From: Octopus vulgaris
Lineage: Eukaryota
NCBI GenBank assembly: GCA_951406725.2
Contig: OX597819.1
Span: 78,864,001-78,928,000 of the forward strand
Direction of reading: 5' to 3'
DNA length: 64,000 nucleotides
Shown here: positions 37,740 to 50,783 of the stretch, piece after piece
Layout: each line of letters opens with the position of its first letter
How positions within the stretch are numbered: the first letter of the stretch is position 1
Notes under the pieces: generated by a model
The model's database searches: none
What the model saw: only the letters and a program-made list of their open reading frames with translations
What the model was told of the DNA's origin: nothing
Made by a program: the position numbers and the translations under genes

Positions 37740-38128
37740 ACAGGCTTGGCTTTGTAGTAAGAAGTTTGCTTTCTGACCACATGGTTCTAGGTTCAGTCTC
37801 AGTGTGGCAGCTTGCCCTAGTGTCCTCTACTATAGCCTTGGGCTGATGAGAGCCTTGTGTGTGGATTTGGTAGATGGAAACTGAAAGAAGCCAGTCATGT
37901 GTATGTGTGATGGAGGTTGTTTTTGTGTGTGTTTGTCCCCCACCACTTGTGGATAACCTATGTTGGTTTGTTTGCATTCCTGTAACTTAGTAGTTTGCCA
38001 AAAGAAAACTATAGAATAAGTACCAGAATTTAAAAATAAGTACTGGGGTTGCTCTCAATGTCTAAAACCCTTCAGGATAGTGCCCTAGCATGGCCACAAT
38101 TCAATGATGATTACAAGTAAAAGATAAA
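37740..38128 (+). mobile_element. SINE family A
   Basis: Head, body and tail present. Confidence 0.85.
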
Positions 38129-39028
38129 GGATTTGCGTGTGTATGTATGTGTGTGTACGCGTGCATGTGCATGCCTGTGTACATGTATGTGACGGTGTGT
38201 TTGTGTGAGCGCACGCGTAGTAAATTGTCTGAGCATACAGAGTGAAGAAATGAAGAAATTCTTTATCAATAACACAGTGGCAGGAGACAATCAGAACTAA
38301 AAATACTACAAATTGCAAAGATGGTTGTTGACTAACAGACGTTTCTTCACTGACATCACGCTACTGCCATGCCAACCTCCATCCATCCATCCATCCACCC
38401 ACCTACCCACCCACCCACCCACCCAACCATCATTTCATACTAGGCACTCAGTATTACTACTGCTATAGCGAGTGGCCTTTGCGAGAAAAAGGTGGTCAAG
38501 CCGTGATTGGCTTGGACATGCTTGTACCCAGAGGTATTGAATAACGCACTGATAGATTCCGCAGACTTCATCTCCATCTTGATGATATTTGAAGGCTTTT
38601 ATTAGCTGTGACAACAACCTTGAATTGACAAATCAATTTGTTTCCACAGTACAACGTCACATGAGATTTTAAACGAAAGTCTATTATTTGCCAAAATTAG
38701 GAGACTTTTAAATTTGTGTGCATGTCTAGTTGATCTGCCATCTTAGTCATCACACACACACATGCACACACACATACACACACACATGCACACATATAAA
38801 TATATGGTTTATATACAAATATTAGATTCTACACATTTACAGCATTCTTTTGCTTTCATTCAGCTAGTGTTCATTGTTTTTATCTTTATAAAAATACTTA
38901 TCTTAATTCTCTTTCGCGCTCTCTCCCCTTCTCTTTCTCCCTCTCCTCTCCCCTTTTCTCTTTTCTCTCTGTATATATGTGGATGGATGGATGTAATATA
39001 TATGTGTGTATGTATATGTATACATGTA

Positions 39029-39358
39029 TGAAGGTGCATGGCTCAGTGGTTAGAGCATCGAGCTTATGATCGTGAGGTTGTGAGTTCGAATCCTGGACTG
39101 GGCTGCGTGTTGTATTCTTGAGCAAGACACTTTATTTCACGTTGCTCCAGTTCACTCAGCTGTGGAAATGAGTTGCGATTTCACTGGTGCCAAGCTGTAT
39201 CGGCCTTTGCCTTTCCCTTGGATAACTTTGGTGGCATGGAGAAGGGAGACCGGTATGCATGGGTGACTGCTGGTCTTCCATAAACAACCTTGCCCAACCT
39301 TGTGCATCAGAGGGTAGCTTTCTAGGTGCAATCCCATGGTCATTCATGACCAAAGGGT
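39029..39358 (+). mobile_element. Full-length SINE family C
   Basis: A box TGGCTCAGTGG, B box GAGTTCGAATCC, V-like core, tail ending ATCCCATGGTCATTCATGACC. Confidence 0.92.
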
Positions 39359-40067
39359 CACCCATATGTATGTGTATATGTAATATATATATATATATGT
39401 CTATATGTGTGTGTGTATATATATATATAGATGTATATGTCTATTTGTGTGTGTGTGTTTTATAGATATATATATATAATTATTATTGTAAACAAGCATC
39501 ATGACCATCATTTAAATGGTGTTGTAATTCCCAACTCTCAACGGAAACATGCCTGGCTTTGGGGAAAATATTGTTGCCACTGGCTATGAGGAAACAGGTG
39601 AAGGGTTGGTGGCTGGAAACCATTCAACTGTAGGAGGTTGATCCCACTGAGTCTTGTCTGACCCATGCAAGCATTGAGATGTGGATTTTATAATGATGAT
39701 AATGGTGTTGGTGGGAGTGATGGTCAGGAAGATGATGATGATGATGATGGTTGTCATCTATGCAAACAGCGAATGTTAAAACAATGTCAATGAAATGTGT
39801 ACCAGTGATATACTGTGGTCAGTTCTATCCATAGGTTGTTTTTTTTTCCTTTTCTAGAAAGTTTCTTGTGTCCAAAAGGTGTGGTAAGGAGTTAGCTTCC
39901 CAACGGCATGGTGTTGGGTTCAGTCCCACTGCATGGTACTTTGGGCAAGTGTCTTCTACTAGTGCCCCAGGTCAACCAAAGCCTTGTGAGTAGATTTTTA
40001 ATTTAAGAAGAAGCTCATCATATAAATGTGCATGTGTGTGTTGCTGTTTTCTTGCCCTGACATTGCA

Positions 40068-40410
40068 TTCTTTTATTCTTTTACTTGTTTCAGTTATTTG
40101 ATTGTGGCCATGTTGGGGCACTGCCATTAGTCAAATCAACTCCAGGACTTATTCTTTGTAAGCTTAGTACTTATTCTATCTTTTCTTTTTTTTTTTTTCC
40201 TGAACCACTAAGTTACAGGGATGTAAACACACCAACATCAGTTGTAAAGCAATGGATGGGAGACACACACACACACACACACACACACATGACAAGGCTT
40301 TGGTCGGCCCGGAGCTATAGAAGAAGACACTTGCCCAAGGTACCATGCAGTGAGACTGAACCCAGAACCATGTGGTTGGAAAGCAAGCTTCTTACCACAC
40401 AGCCACTCTT
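40068..40410 (-). mobile_element. SINE family A
   Basis: Reverse complement of the family A consensus; a partial plus-strand head lies at about 39878-40020. Confidence 0.85.
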
Positions 40411-42028
40411 ACGTCTTCATGATAATTGTTAGATTTATTTATTTATTTTCTTTCGCTGCTTTCATGGATTCTCAATACTCTCAATTGCTATCCACTTCCA
40501 TTACTATTAACTTGAACTTGGAGCTTGAGTCATAGTGGATCTTTCAGTAGCTGATTACGTGCCCAAGAACGCCATCCCTAAGGATGCGTTGCAGTTGCTT
40601 GTGATCCTGACTGTTAATCTTTTAGGATTCCTCCACTCAACATCCATGTAAGAAGCACCATTAGCTCAGTTGAGCTGTTTCACTACCTCTTCACAATCTG
40701 CCATATTGCAGTCCCATGACTTTGCTATATTCCTGACAGGGTGGCTAAACAGGGGCTATGCCTTGTCTAAGGGCAGCTCGTACCTATGTGGGGCACAGTT
40801 ATCACTATATGAGGTATTTTCAAAATTCCCTCATACCTGAATGATAATTTTAAATAAGGGTCACTGTTCTGCAAGTAGTGCCGTTTGTTTCTTACATTCC
40901 ATAAAATAATGTTTAGTCATGGGGAACTATTACCATAATTAGAGACAGGTGAACGTTGGCAATGGAAAGGGTATCCAGCTGCCGAAAATCCTCCTCAACC
41001 AATTCCATCTGACCCATGCAAGCACGGAAAAGTGGATGTCAAAACTATGATGATGTTGATGATGATGATAGCTATTTGTGGGATTTATGCTGTGAGCATG
41101 CACTCAGTATCTAACATATTCATTTTAATGTCATTTATGACAAGATTAGTGATGTGCATGTAACTGTGGCAAATTGCCAGTGTCAAATAAAATGCCTTGC
41201 AACATTTGTTCCAGCTCTGTGCATTGAGAGTTGAAATCCTGCTGAGATCAGCATTGCCTTTGCATCGTTTCACAGTTCATAGGCAAAGCATCAGTCAATG
41301 GAATTCTGAGTGTGTTGGACAAACTGTTTTGCCAGCCTCTGTTTAGGCTCTCTGGTTTCTAAGTGCAGGTTCTGCTGCTTAGGGGTTCAAATTCTGTCAT
41401 TGACCAAGGCTAGTCACCCAAACATGGGACTATGATTGATTAGAAAAGCTTGAATTGTTAGGGGTTGGGGATTGCAATTGAATGACGATGATAATGATGA
41501 TGATAAGTGTGTTTGAGTGTGTTGTGGTGGGTGAGAGAGAAAGGGTGTGTGTTTGATGGCCTAGTAGGTAGGATGTTGCACTTACGATTGTGAGATCTTG
41601 GTTTCAATTCCCAGATTGGCGGTGTGTTGTGTTCTGGAGCAAAGCATTTCATTTCACATTACTCTGGTCCACAAGCTGTTAAAGGGTAATCTTGTGGTAA
41701 ATTGGTGTACAAGGATGAGATGGTGACCCAGGAAAAATTTCCTGAACAGAGGTCTTGCAAGCCACATTTTATATTCAGCAATCAAAAGGATGAATAGTAC
41801 AACCTGTACTGTGAAACTCGACTGCTTGGGCTTGATTGTTCAACCATATCAAAGGTTGATTGATTGATTGAATATGTGTGTGCGTATGTGTTTTTGAGCA
41901 AAATACAATATGCTTATATGCTTCTTTATACAAAAAAAAATGTTTCTACATGCGATGAAATTCTTTTATGTAATTTTAATATGCAATTAAGAAACTCTAG
42001 ATATGTATAGGTTTGTGTGTGGGTGTAT

Positions 42029-42230
42029 ACTCTTTACTCTCTTACTCTTTTACTTGTTTCAGTCATTTGACTGCAGCTATGCTGGAGCACTGCCTTTAGT
42101 CAAGGAAATCGACCCCAGGACTTATTCTTTGTAAGCTTATACTTATTCTATTGGTCTCTTTTGCTGAACCGCTAAATTACTTGGATGTAAACACACCAGC
42201 ATCGGTTGTCAAGCGATGTTGGTGGGGACA

Positions 42231-42275
<45 letters not shown>

Positions 42276-42434
42276 GGGCTTCTTTCAGTTTCTGTCTACC
42301 AAATCCACTCACAAGGCTTTGGTCGGCCCGAGGCTATAGTAGAAGACACTTGCCCAAGGTGCCACACAGTGGGACTGAACCTGGAACCGTGTGGTTGGTA
42401 AGCAAGTTGCTTACCACCCAGCCACTCCTGCGCC
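42029..42434 (-). mobile_element. Near-consensus SINE family A
   Basis: Reverse complement of 18082-18475 with an internal (CA)n. Confidence 0.93.
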
Positions 42435-43131
42435 TATGCATATCTATATACTTTTGCATGTATACATTTATGTCCTTGTGTATTCATGTATGTCCATGTG
42501 TGCATTCGTAAGTGTATACTGATAAAAGAATTCTACAATGGAAGTGTTAGATTTGGGCAGTGGTAGGTGAAATTGGATTTATATTTAGTAGTACCTGACT
42601 TGGATGAGTGTGGGAAGCAATGTTAATTAAATAATGTTTCTTTGTCTGATTTATTCTCATCCCACAGTTGAAACATTTAAAATGTCTCATTCACTGCTTT
42701 GCCTTGCTTATTTTTTTATCTGTATAGATACTGCATTTACAACAGTATGTGCAAACCAACACGGGAGCCTTTATATTGTTGCTCAGTTTGCTAGAAATAA
42801 CAGGCAAGTTTATTTAACATCATCTCAACTCTGTCTTTTACATGTGTCTTTGTGTGTGTATATTTGCATACATTTGGTGATTTAATATATAGATTTTGTT
42901 ATAAAGACTGGAGCAGTTTCAAATCAATATTCAAGACGCATATTAAAATAAACATAGGATTTAAATTTGCCTCTTTCTTGAGCCTGGGTTTAACCCATGA
43001 TTTTATGAGCTTTCATTCATAAAAATGCAGTGTTGTGATTGGAAGAATTTCACAGTATCAGAATTTATGCAAAACTTCTCTGCTACCTTCATGTCAGGTG
43101 ACACAGGAAATTGCCAAAATCATTTGCTGTA

Positions 43132-43530
43132 AAATCGATCAACATCAATGGAATTGTAGCTGTGATACCAGTGCCGGTGGCACATAAGAGAACCTTCCGA
43201 ACGTGGCCAGCGCCACACCGACTGGCTTCTGTGCTGGTGGCACGTAAAAAGCACCATCTGATCGTGGCTGTTGCCAGCCTTGCCTGGCCTCCGTGCCGGT
43301 GGCACGTAAAATGCATCATCCGATTGTGGCCAATTGCCAACCTCGTCTGGCACATAAAAAGCACCCGCTATACTAATGGAGTGGTTGGCGTTAGGAAGGG
43401 CATCCAGCCGTAGAAACATTGCCAGATCAGACTGGGCCTGGTGCAGCCTTCTGGCTTCCCAGACCCCAGTTGAACCGTCCAACCCATGCCAGCATGGAAA
43501 GCGGACGCTATATGAGGATGATGATGATGA
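43132..43530 (+). mobile_element. Longest SINE family D copy, with four internal TGCYGGTGGCACRTAAAAAGCACC subrepeats
   Basis: Subrepeats at about 43172, 43232, 43294 and 43346; core GTTGGCGTTAGGAAGGGCATCCAGCCGTAG; (GAT)n tail. Confidence 0.85.
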
Positions 43531-43999
43531 TTTTCTGTAAGAAAACTTTATAGTTATTTATATATAAATGTAGCAAAGAAAAATTATAAAAAAAAACAAA
43601 CCCCAGGTAGATAAGCTGTGTTGTGAATTATAGAGTCCACAGCTTGTTTGGATGTTTCATTTCTTTGGCACAATTTCTGAAGGCACATGTCCTTTCTATC
43701 TATCATCAACCATTTTACAGCGTGTACTTAAATGCATTTTATCCTACCACTGGGGACTAGAGCAAACTTGTCTGCAGTAGATCCAAAGTGTTTCCTTCAC
43801 TCATCATCTGTTCTTATTCAGATTTACTGCTCTGCTATGTGGGTAGCCTGTGATGTTACTTGCAAAGTCTACCTCTTGATCATAGCCATGCCTCACAGCC
43901 ATTATGATGCTAGTCATACTAAAATGTCGAAGACTCTAGACCAGGAGTTCTTCAATGGGGTCCATACAGGATTTTATCATTAAAATTTATGCACAATAA

Positions 44000-44437
44000 G
44001 TGCAGTCGTAGCTGTGTGGTAAGAAGCTTTCTTTCCAACTACATGGTTCCAGGTTCAGTCCCACTGCTTGGCATCTTGGGCAATTGTCTTGTACAATTGC
44101 CTCAGGCCGACCAAAGCCTTGTGAGTGGATTTAGTAGACGGAAACTGAAAGAAGCCTGTTGTACTGTTGTGTATGTATGTATATATATATGTGTGTCTAT
44201 ATATATATATGTCTATATCTGTGTTTTTGTGTCTGTGTTTTTACCCCTGCCATCACTTGTCAACTGATGTTGATGTGTTTATGTCACCGTGACTTAGTGG
44301 TTTAGCAAAAACAACCAATGGAATAAGTACTAGGCTGATAAGGAATAAGTCCTGGGGTTGATTTTTTTCAACTAAAAAACACTTTCAGATGGTACTCCAG
44401 CATGGTCACAGTTAAATGACTGAAACAAATAAAAGAA
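44000..44437 (+). mobile_element. SINE family A
   Basis: Head, body and tail present. Confidence 0.88.
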
Positions 44438-44513
44438 TGTAAAGTAAAGTGAATATATTAATTAAATTAATAGCTCATTAGTTTTCTGAGTTCAGCTGAG
44501 TTTCACACATGCC

Positions 44514-44576
<63 letters not shown>

Positions 44577-44792
44577 ACACATATATATATACACACACAC
44601 AAACACAAACGTGTGGAGTTCCAATCACCTTCAAAAGATTCCTGGTGGCATTTTCGCTCTCTTCTGTCAATCACTCTTCACTCTCTGTTGTTCTGTTTGT
44701 GTGTCTTCTCTGCCTCTTTCTTTCTCTCTCTGTCTCTTTTTTCTACAATCACGTCCCATGTCCATCAGTTACTGTAACGAGCAGTGATTGCT

Positions 44793-44840
<48 letters not shown>

Positions 44841-45162
44841 TGTATACAAATATATATGTGTGTGTGTGTTCATTACATGTATGAGGTGTGTGGGTGGGTG
44901 TTATTGGGGTTCTGTCTAATAGGACTGCATGCAGTAGAGGACAGCAGCATGGTACTAAGTGTTAAATCATGAAAAACTGTGACTCATGCTGCAGCAGGTT
45001 GACAGGATCTGGAGACAACCGAAAGCTGTCGCTTTTATTAATAATAGTAGTAATAATAGTAACAACGATGATGGTGGTAATAATAGTAACAATAATAATA
45101 ATAATAATAATAATATTTGTTGTGCAAGATTTTTTATGTGAAATAGTATGTTGAAACAGATA

Positions 45163-45468
45163 TTGTTATATTTTGGAATGGTCATTTTGCCAGTTTAGCC
45201 AATAAAAACACATGCACTATATATTTGGTGTTACTTTGCTTCAGTGTTATTTATTTTTTACATTAAACTTAATCTTATTTCAGCCAGAGTTCTTTCGTCA
45301 CAAAGGACCACTGATGAGGTCACAGGAGTGTGACGAAAGAACTCTGGCCGAAATAAGATTAAGTTTAATGTAAAAAATAAGTAACACTAAAGCAAAGTAA
45401 CACCAAACATATAGTGCGTGTGTCTTTATTGGCTAAACTGGCAAAATGACCATTCTGAAATACAACAA
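45163..45468. repeat. Long inverted repeat: 140-bp arms, 26-nt spacer (inverted Penelope-like pLTR structure)
   Basis: 45163-45302 is the reverse complement of 45329-45468 with 9 mismatches, all transitions. Confidence 0.95.
45305..45350 (+). ncRNA. Minimal type I hammerhead ribozyme motif with an intact core
   Basis: ggacca-CUGAUGA-G-GUCACA-ggag-UGUGAC-GAAA-gaac-UC-uggccg; predicted cleavage after C45344. Confidence 0.8.
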
Positions 45469-47533
45469 CAACAATAATAATAATAATAACAATAATCCTT
45501 TCTACTGTAAGCACAAGGCCTGAAATTTTGGGAGAGGGAGATAGCCAATTACATCGACTCCAGTGCTCAGCTGGTACTTATTTCATCAACCCTAACCCTA
45601 GCCCCAAAAGATGAAAGGCAAAGTTGACGTTGGCACAACTTGAACTCAGAGAATGTGAAGATGGATGAAAACGTTTCTGCCAGTAATAATGATGATGATC
45701 CTTTTTACTATAGCCACAAGGCCGGAAATTTTAGTAAGAGTTATGGCACAATGTCCAAGTCCTTCATATAGTTACCCACATTATACCTCCTCACCTGTGG
45801 AAAGTGAATAAATCTTGGCCTGTCTGTCTTAAGTTTGAAGTCATGATCAGCACATTAATCTTCGCATAGTAATATATTATTATGTAGGTTGGGAGTTGTG
45901 TATATAAATAAATGATATGGACGAGGTGTTTGAGTACTACAATTGTTTCAAAACCACATTGGATGTATGTTACATAACATTATGAATGTCCTGTAATCAT
46001 TCCAGTGTACTTCAGGTACATGCAGGATTTGTAGTACTAAATGACCTTTTCCATCCCATTTATATGTAGATTTGATTATCGCATTATAAGCAGCCTTTGT
46101 TGCTTTCAAAACAGAGTTGTATAGTACCTGTCGTCTTATTGGAATTTTCTGTCTAATCTTGATATGGAGTGAACTGTATTTGATGCCTTGGTCAATAAAT
46201 TTATTGATTGAGTCATCTGTCTTCTCTATACTTATTTTTATGCTTGAGACAAACAAACTATGTCTTACCACAATATCTTAATTGATCCTTTTACATATGT
46301 GTGTGTATATTTATTTGGAAACAGTTACAAAATTTGTTTATATTTGCTCAGACAACAATATTAGCGAAAGGATAGAATGTGATCTAGGTTAGACAGAATT
46401 TCATTGGTCAGTAGTAGTCCTGAGAGGTCGCATGTTTGCCTGGTGAGCTTCATTGGTCTTAGGGTACTTACATATTTATGGAATGAAATTTGAATATCAC
46501 CATTAGCTCAAACTGCCTATCTTCATTTAAACTTTCATTGCTATCCTAACTCCAGGATAATACCACAGAACTTTGTTCTTATCTTCCTTGATAAAGAGTC
46601 TGAGCTCAAAATATCAGTGTTTCCTTTCCTCTCATCAATTACACATATATTTTCCTACTATTGCATTTATTTTGGATTAATTATTGCCATCGCAACCCTA
46701 CACAATTTCCTTTGATTTCTTTTTTGTTTTCATTTTACTTTTACTCGTTAGATCTCTGTGAGGAAAGTTGTCTAGCACCAGTCACTAAATATTCCAGATA
46801 TATCAGGTAGTGTTTTTGTGTGACTGTTAACATCAATTTGTATGTGTCAGTGTCAGGTTGACCATCTGTGTGTGTGTGTGTGTGTTTGTGATTGTTTCTC
46901 TTAATATGTTTATGCATGTCTGTCTCGTTTCGTGTGCTTGCCTGATTCTGTGTGTTTGTCTAAGTCTCTTTGTATGCTTGCCTATGTTAGTCTCACTCTT
47001 ACTTTCTCTCTCTTTCTTTTCTCTCTCTCTCTCTGTCTCTCTCTCTGTGTATATTTGTGGTGGGAGAAGACAAAGCTTCAAACTGAAAATCAAAATCTAG
47101 CGAGTGATAGGAAAGAAGGAAAAAGCTGGGTGGTGGGGTAGGGTGGAGAGAACAGTTGTAGGAACCTTTAAAAGAGGGTGAAGGTGAGTGGATAGGAGGA
47201 AAAAGGAAAAGAAATGTTTGTGTGTGTGTGTGTGTGTGTTGTATAAGGATCACAAATCAATGATGTCTGATCAATAATGGCTAGAGACCATTGATTAGCT
47301 TCCATGTATTGCTGTACAGTGTATAGAAGTTATTTCTTCAAGTATTTCCCCATAGGGATTTTTAAAAGCCATTTTATGCAGTTAATGTTATCTATCTTGT
47401 ATTGTCTCAGCTTTCAACTCTCTAGAACAGACCAGTGGTGGAGATGGTGGTGGTGGTGGTGGTGGTGACTGGATAGTGGGGGGTGTTAAGTGGTGGAGGT
47501 GTCGTGGTGCTAGAGAGAGAGACATACTGCAAC

Positions 47534-47936
47534 TTGATTGATATTAACCTCATGTCAGTAGTTGTGTGGTCGTGGTGGTGACACAAGAATCAAATTCAGG
47601 TTGACATTGCCCTGGTGTAGGACATTGTGTGGTCATATAGCAAGTTAACATTGATCAGGTGTCGGTGAGGTGATCGGGTTGTGGAAGTATGGAATGCCGT
47701 ACAGGTTAAAATTGACCTGGCGTTAGTGGTGCTGTGATGTCATACAACATGTTGACATTGCCCTGCGGTTAGTGGCATGGTGATGATGTAAGACTTTGTA
47801 CGAGAAGTAGTTGGCATTGATCTGGTGCTGGCCACCTTGTGACAGTGGATGTTTGGTGGCATAAAAGCAGGTTGGTATAGACTTGGTCTTGGTAGATGTG
47901 TATAGATCACTACAAGTCAAGTTGACCTCGTTTTGG
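47534..47936. repeat. Degenerate array of eight ~25-bp CAGGTTGACATTGACCTGGTGT motifs with diverged spacers
   Basis: Motif starts at 47534, 47597, 47641, 47702, 47748, 47807, 47868 and 47913. Confidence 0.7.
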
Positions 47937-47982
47937 TAATCTTGTACTTTCTATTACTAGCCTTGTATTTATATATATCATC

Positions 47983-48210
47983 GGTTTCAAACTTTGACAC
48001 AAGGCCAGTAGTTTTTTGAGGGGAGGGGTTAAGTTGTCAATTATATTGACCCCCCCTCCCCCAGTGCTCGACTGATACTTATTTTATTAACCCCAAAAGG
48101 ATAAAAAGCAATGTTGACCTTGGTACAATTTGAACTCAGAACTTAAAGACTGACAAACTGCTTCTAAGCATTTTGTGCAGCATGCTAACGATTCTGCCAG
48201 CTCGTCCCCT
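47983..48210 (-). mobile_element. SINE family B
   Basis: Reverse complement of the Meta-like domain and the GGCGAGCTGGCAGAATCGTTAGC-type head. Confidence 0.82.
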
Positions 48211-48244
48211 TATTTGTATTCCTTATTGGCATGTATTTATTAAA

Positions 48245-48590
48245 GGTGCAGGTATGGCTGTCTGGTTAAGAAGGTGACTTTGCAACCTTATGGTTTTTGG
48301 TTCAGTCTTAACGCTCGGCACCTTGGGCAAGAATCTTCTACAACCCTCGGTTGACTAATGTTTGGTGAATGAATTTGGTTGACAGAAACTGTATAAAAGC
48401 CTGTCATTTGTGTGTGTGTGTGTGTTAGCTTGTTTATGTTACTGTAACTTAACAGTTTGGCAAACAACGCCGATAAAATAAGAACCAGGTTTAAAAAATA
48501 ATACCAAGGTTGATTTGTTTGACCAAGCTTTTTTAGGTGGTAGCCCAGCTTGGCTGCAGTCCAGTGATTGAAAGAAGTAAAAGATAAAAA
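48245..48590 (+). mobile_element. SINE family A
   Basis: Diverged head, body and tail. Confidence 0.82.
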
Positions 48591-48671
48591 ATATTCTGAT
48601 CTATGGTATAGAGTAGCAGCAGAGGTGTAAATTCATCTTACTGTAGCAACTAATAAAATTTGTATCTGTTA

Positions 48672-48938
48672 CCTCTTACCTGTTTCAGTTATTAGACTGC
48701 AGCCATACTGGGATATTGTCTTGAGGAATTCTAGTTGAACTAGTCGACCCCTGTACTTATTTTCGTTTTAAGCCTTGTACTTGTTCTGTTGGTGTGTTTT
48801 GCTGAAATGCTAAGTCACAGGGATGTAAACACACCAACACTGGTTGTCAAGTGGTGATGGGAGACACACACATATATGTGGAAACAGAAGGAAGTCTGTT
48901 GTGTGTGTATGTATGTATGTATATATATGTGTGTGTAA

Positions 48939-48980
<42 letters not shown>

Positions 48981-48984
48981 TCAT

Positions 48985-49032
<48 letters not shown>

Positions 49033-49243
49033 CATCATCATCATCATATATATATATATATGTATGTATCTATGTATGTATGATTAACAGGCTTCTCTCA
49101 GTTGTCATCTACCAAATCCATTCATAAAACTTTGGTTGGCCCGAGGCTACAGTAGAAGACACTTGCCCAAAGTATCACACAGCGGGACTGAACCCAGCAC
49201 CATGTGGCTGGGAAGCAAACCTCTTACCACATAGCCATGCCTA
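48672..49243 (-). mobile_element. SINE family A with an expanded internal microsatellite
   Basis: Tail at 48672-48860, head at 49088-49243. Confidence 0.85.
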
Positions 49244-49639
49244 CACATATCTCTCATTTTTAACCTACTTTTCTTAGTTTATGAAGAAATAGTGACTGAA
49301 AACATATCACCACACAACTACTGGCAAGGGGTTAATATCAATCAAGTTGCAGTATGTCTCTCTCTAACATCATGAAACCACCACCACCACTTAACTTTGT
49401 GATGTTTATAAAAATTTTGATTGAATATGAAGTTAATGAAAGACACTGAACATAGAAAATTAGAGAAGAAAAATATATTTCTTTGATATTCCTACTACCT
49501 GTTTAACTAACTTTATCATGAACTCAAAGATTTTGAATGAAATCTGTACAATATACAGCAGTGAAAATGTTTAGGATATGGAGACACAGTGAAGTTAGGA
49601 TGTGTTTGTGGCAGTATTCAAATAACGGAGTAATCTGTT

Positions 49640-50180
49640 GACTGTCAAGCTCATGGCAAATGTTAATCTGTGGTTGAAGACGCCTAACAAGTATTGGACA
49701 ATATTGTTATGAAGACACAAGTTCAAGACAGATGTATCATAGAAATTAAGACTGATGTGATTGACTCTTGAAGAACAGGGAATAAAAACTAGCGAATAAC
49801 AAGATTCTTAATGTGATCTTGTTTGAATGAATATATCAGAGAAACTAGACAGTCGGAGATCAGTTAGAAGCATATTTCAATATCTTGGCATCTTGGAGAT
49901 CAGTCAACCATCGTATCTGCAGTTCAAAAACGATATTATGTCCGGCATATGTACGGATTCTTGCTCTGAAGTAATAATACTCTGAAAGAATTTAAATATC
50001 GTAAATAGGATTTTTGACTGATATTCTTTGATCAATATTGACCCAGTGAAGTTTTGCATAGAAATCTTTGATACTTACACGATGTGAACATATTGAATAC
50101 AAGATGGATTACAGTCGTCTGGGCATGTAATTTATTGATGCTTGACCGGCTGATACCAACAAACAAAGAATTATATCTGC
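49640..50180 (+). pseudogene. Heavily decayed RTE-clade reverse transcriptase C-terminal region
   Basis: Across frameshifts: MKTQV (~49709, cf. KKTEV), FQYLG (~49875), MYG (~49949), SEVLHR (~50045), LQSSGHVI/MLDRLIP (~50109-50157, cf. LRWxGHVxRM...RxP). Confidence 0.45.
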
Positions 50181-50675
50181 ATGTACTCATTTCATACGAT
50201 GTTCACAAGTGCTGTTGAGAAGTGAATGCTGGTCGTGTACGAATGTACAGCCACCCAAGCCTTGCTGATGCTGCCAATAGTGAGGACATGCAAGGAGGAG
50301 AAGAGGGTATGGTCAGTCAGTCGGTTGGTTGGTTGATTGATTGATCGATTGATTGATTGATTTGTTGAGGGAAGGAGGGAGAGTGGAGTTAAAGAGGATC
50401 GGTGAATAAATCACTTTGTTATGGTGGAAAAATAAGAGGGGTGGGTACGATCAAAACTGAGCAAGGATAAAAGTATGTATGTGTGTGTGTGTGTATGTTG
50501 GAAGCAAAGCCAAGGGAGAGGAAAAGAAACATTTACAAGGTGTGGGGTGGAGTGTACGAATATAGTTTTACTTCTAAAGTAGGCAGGTGAAGAAGAAGGA
50601 AGTGTGAGGGGCATTGATTTATACCATCCAGGCTCTGACCTTTCCTCAGAGCCATCAACTAACCTTTCATATATC

Positions 50676-50783
<108 letters not shown>

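Noticed and set aside
39029-39105. tRNA-like sequence (also at 7771, 28936, 32544 and 51193)
   Set aside because: A and B boxes are present but there is no closed acceptor stem, and each continues into a SINE body; these are SINE heads, not tRNA genes
46587-46617. CTTGATAAAGAGTCTGAGCTCAAAATATC, a hammerhead-like relic
   Set aside because: At least three core mismatches; too decayed to call
47534-47936. CRISPR-like repeat-spacer appearance
   Set aside because: Eukaryotic context, no cas genes, highly degenerate repeats, two spacer length classes and partly homologous spacers; kept only as a motif array
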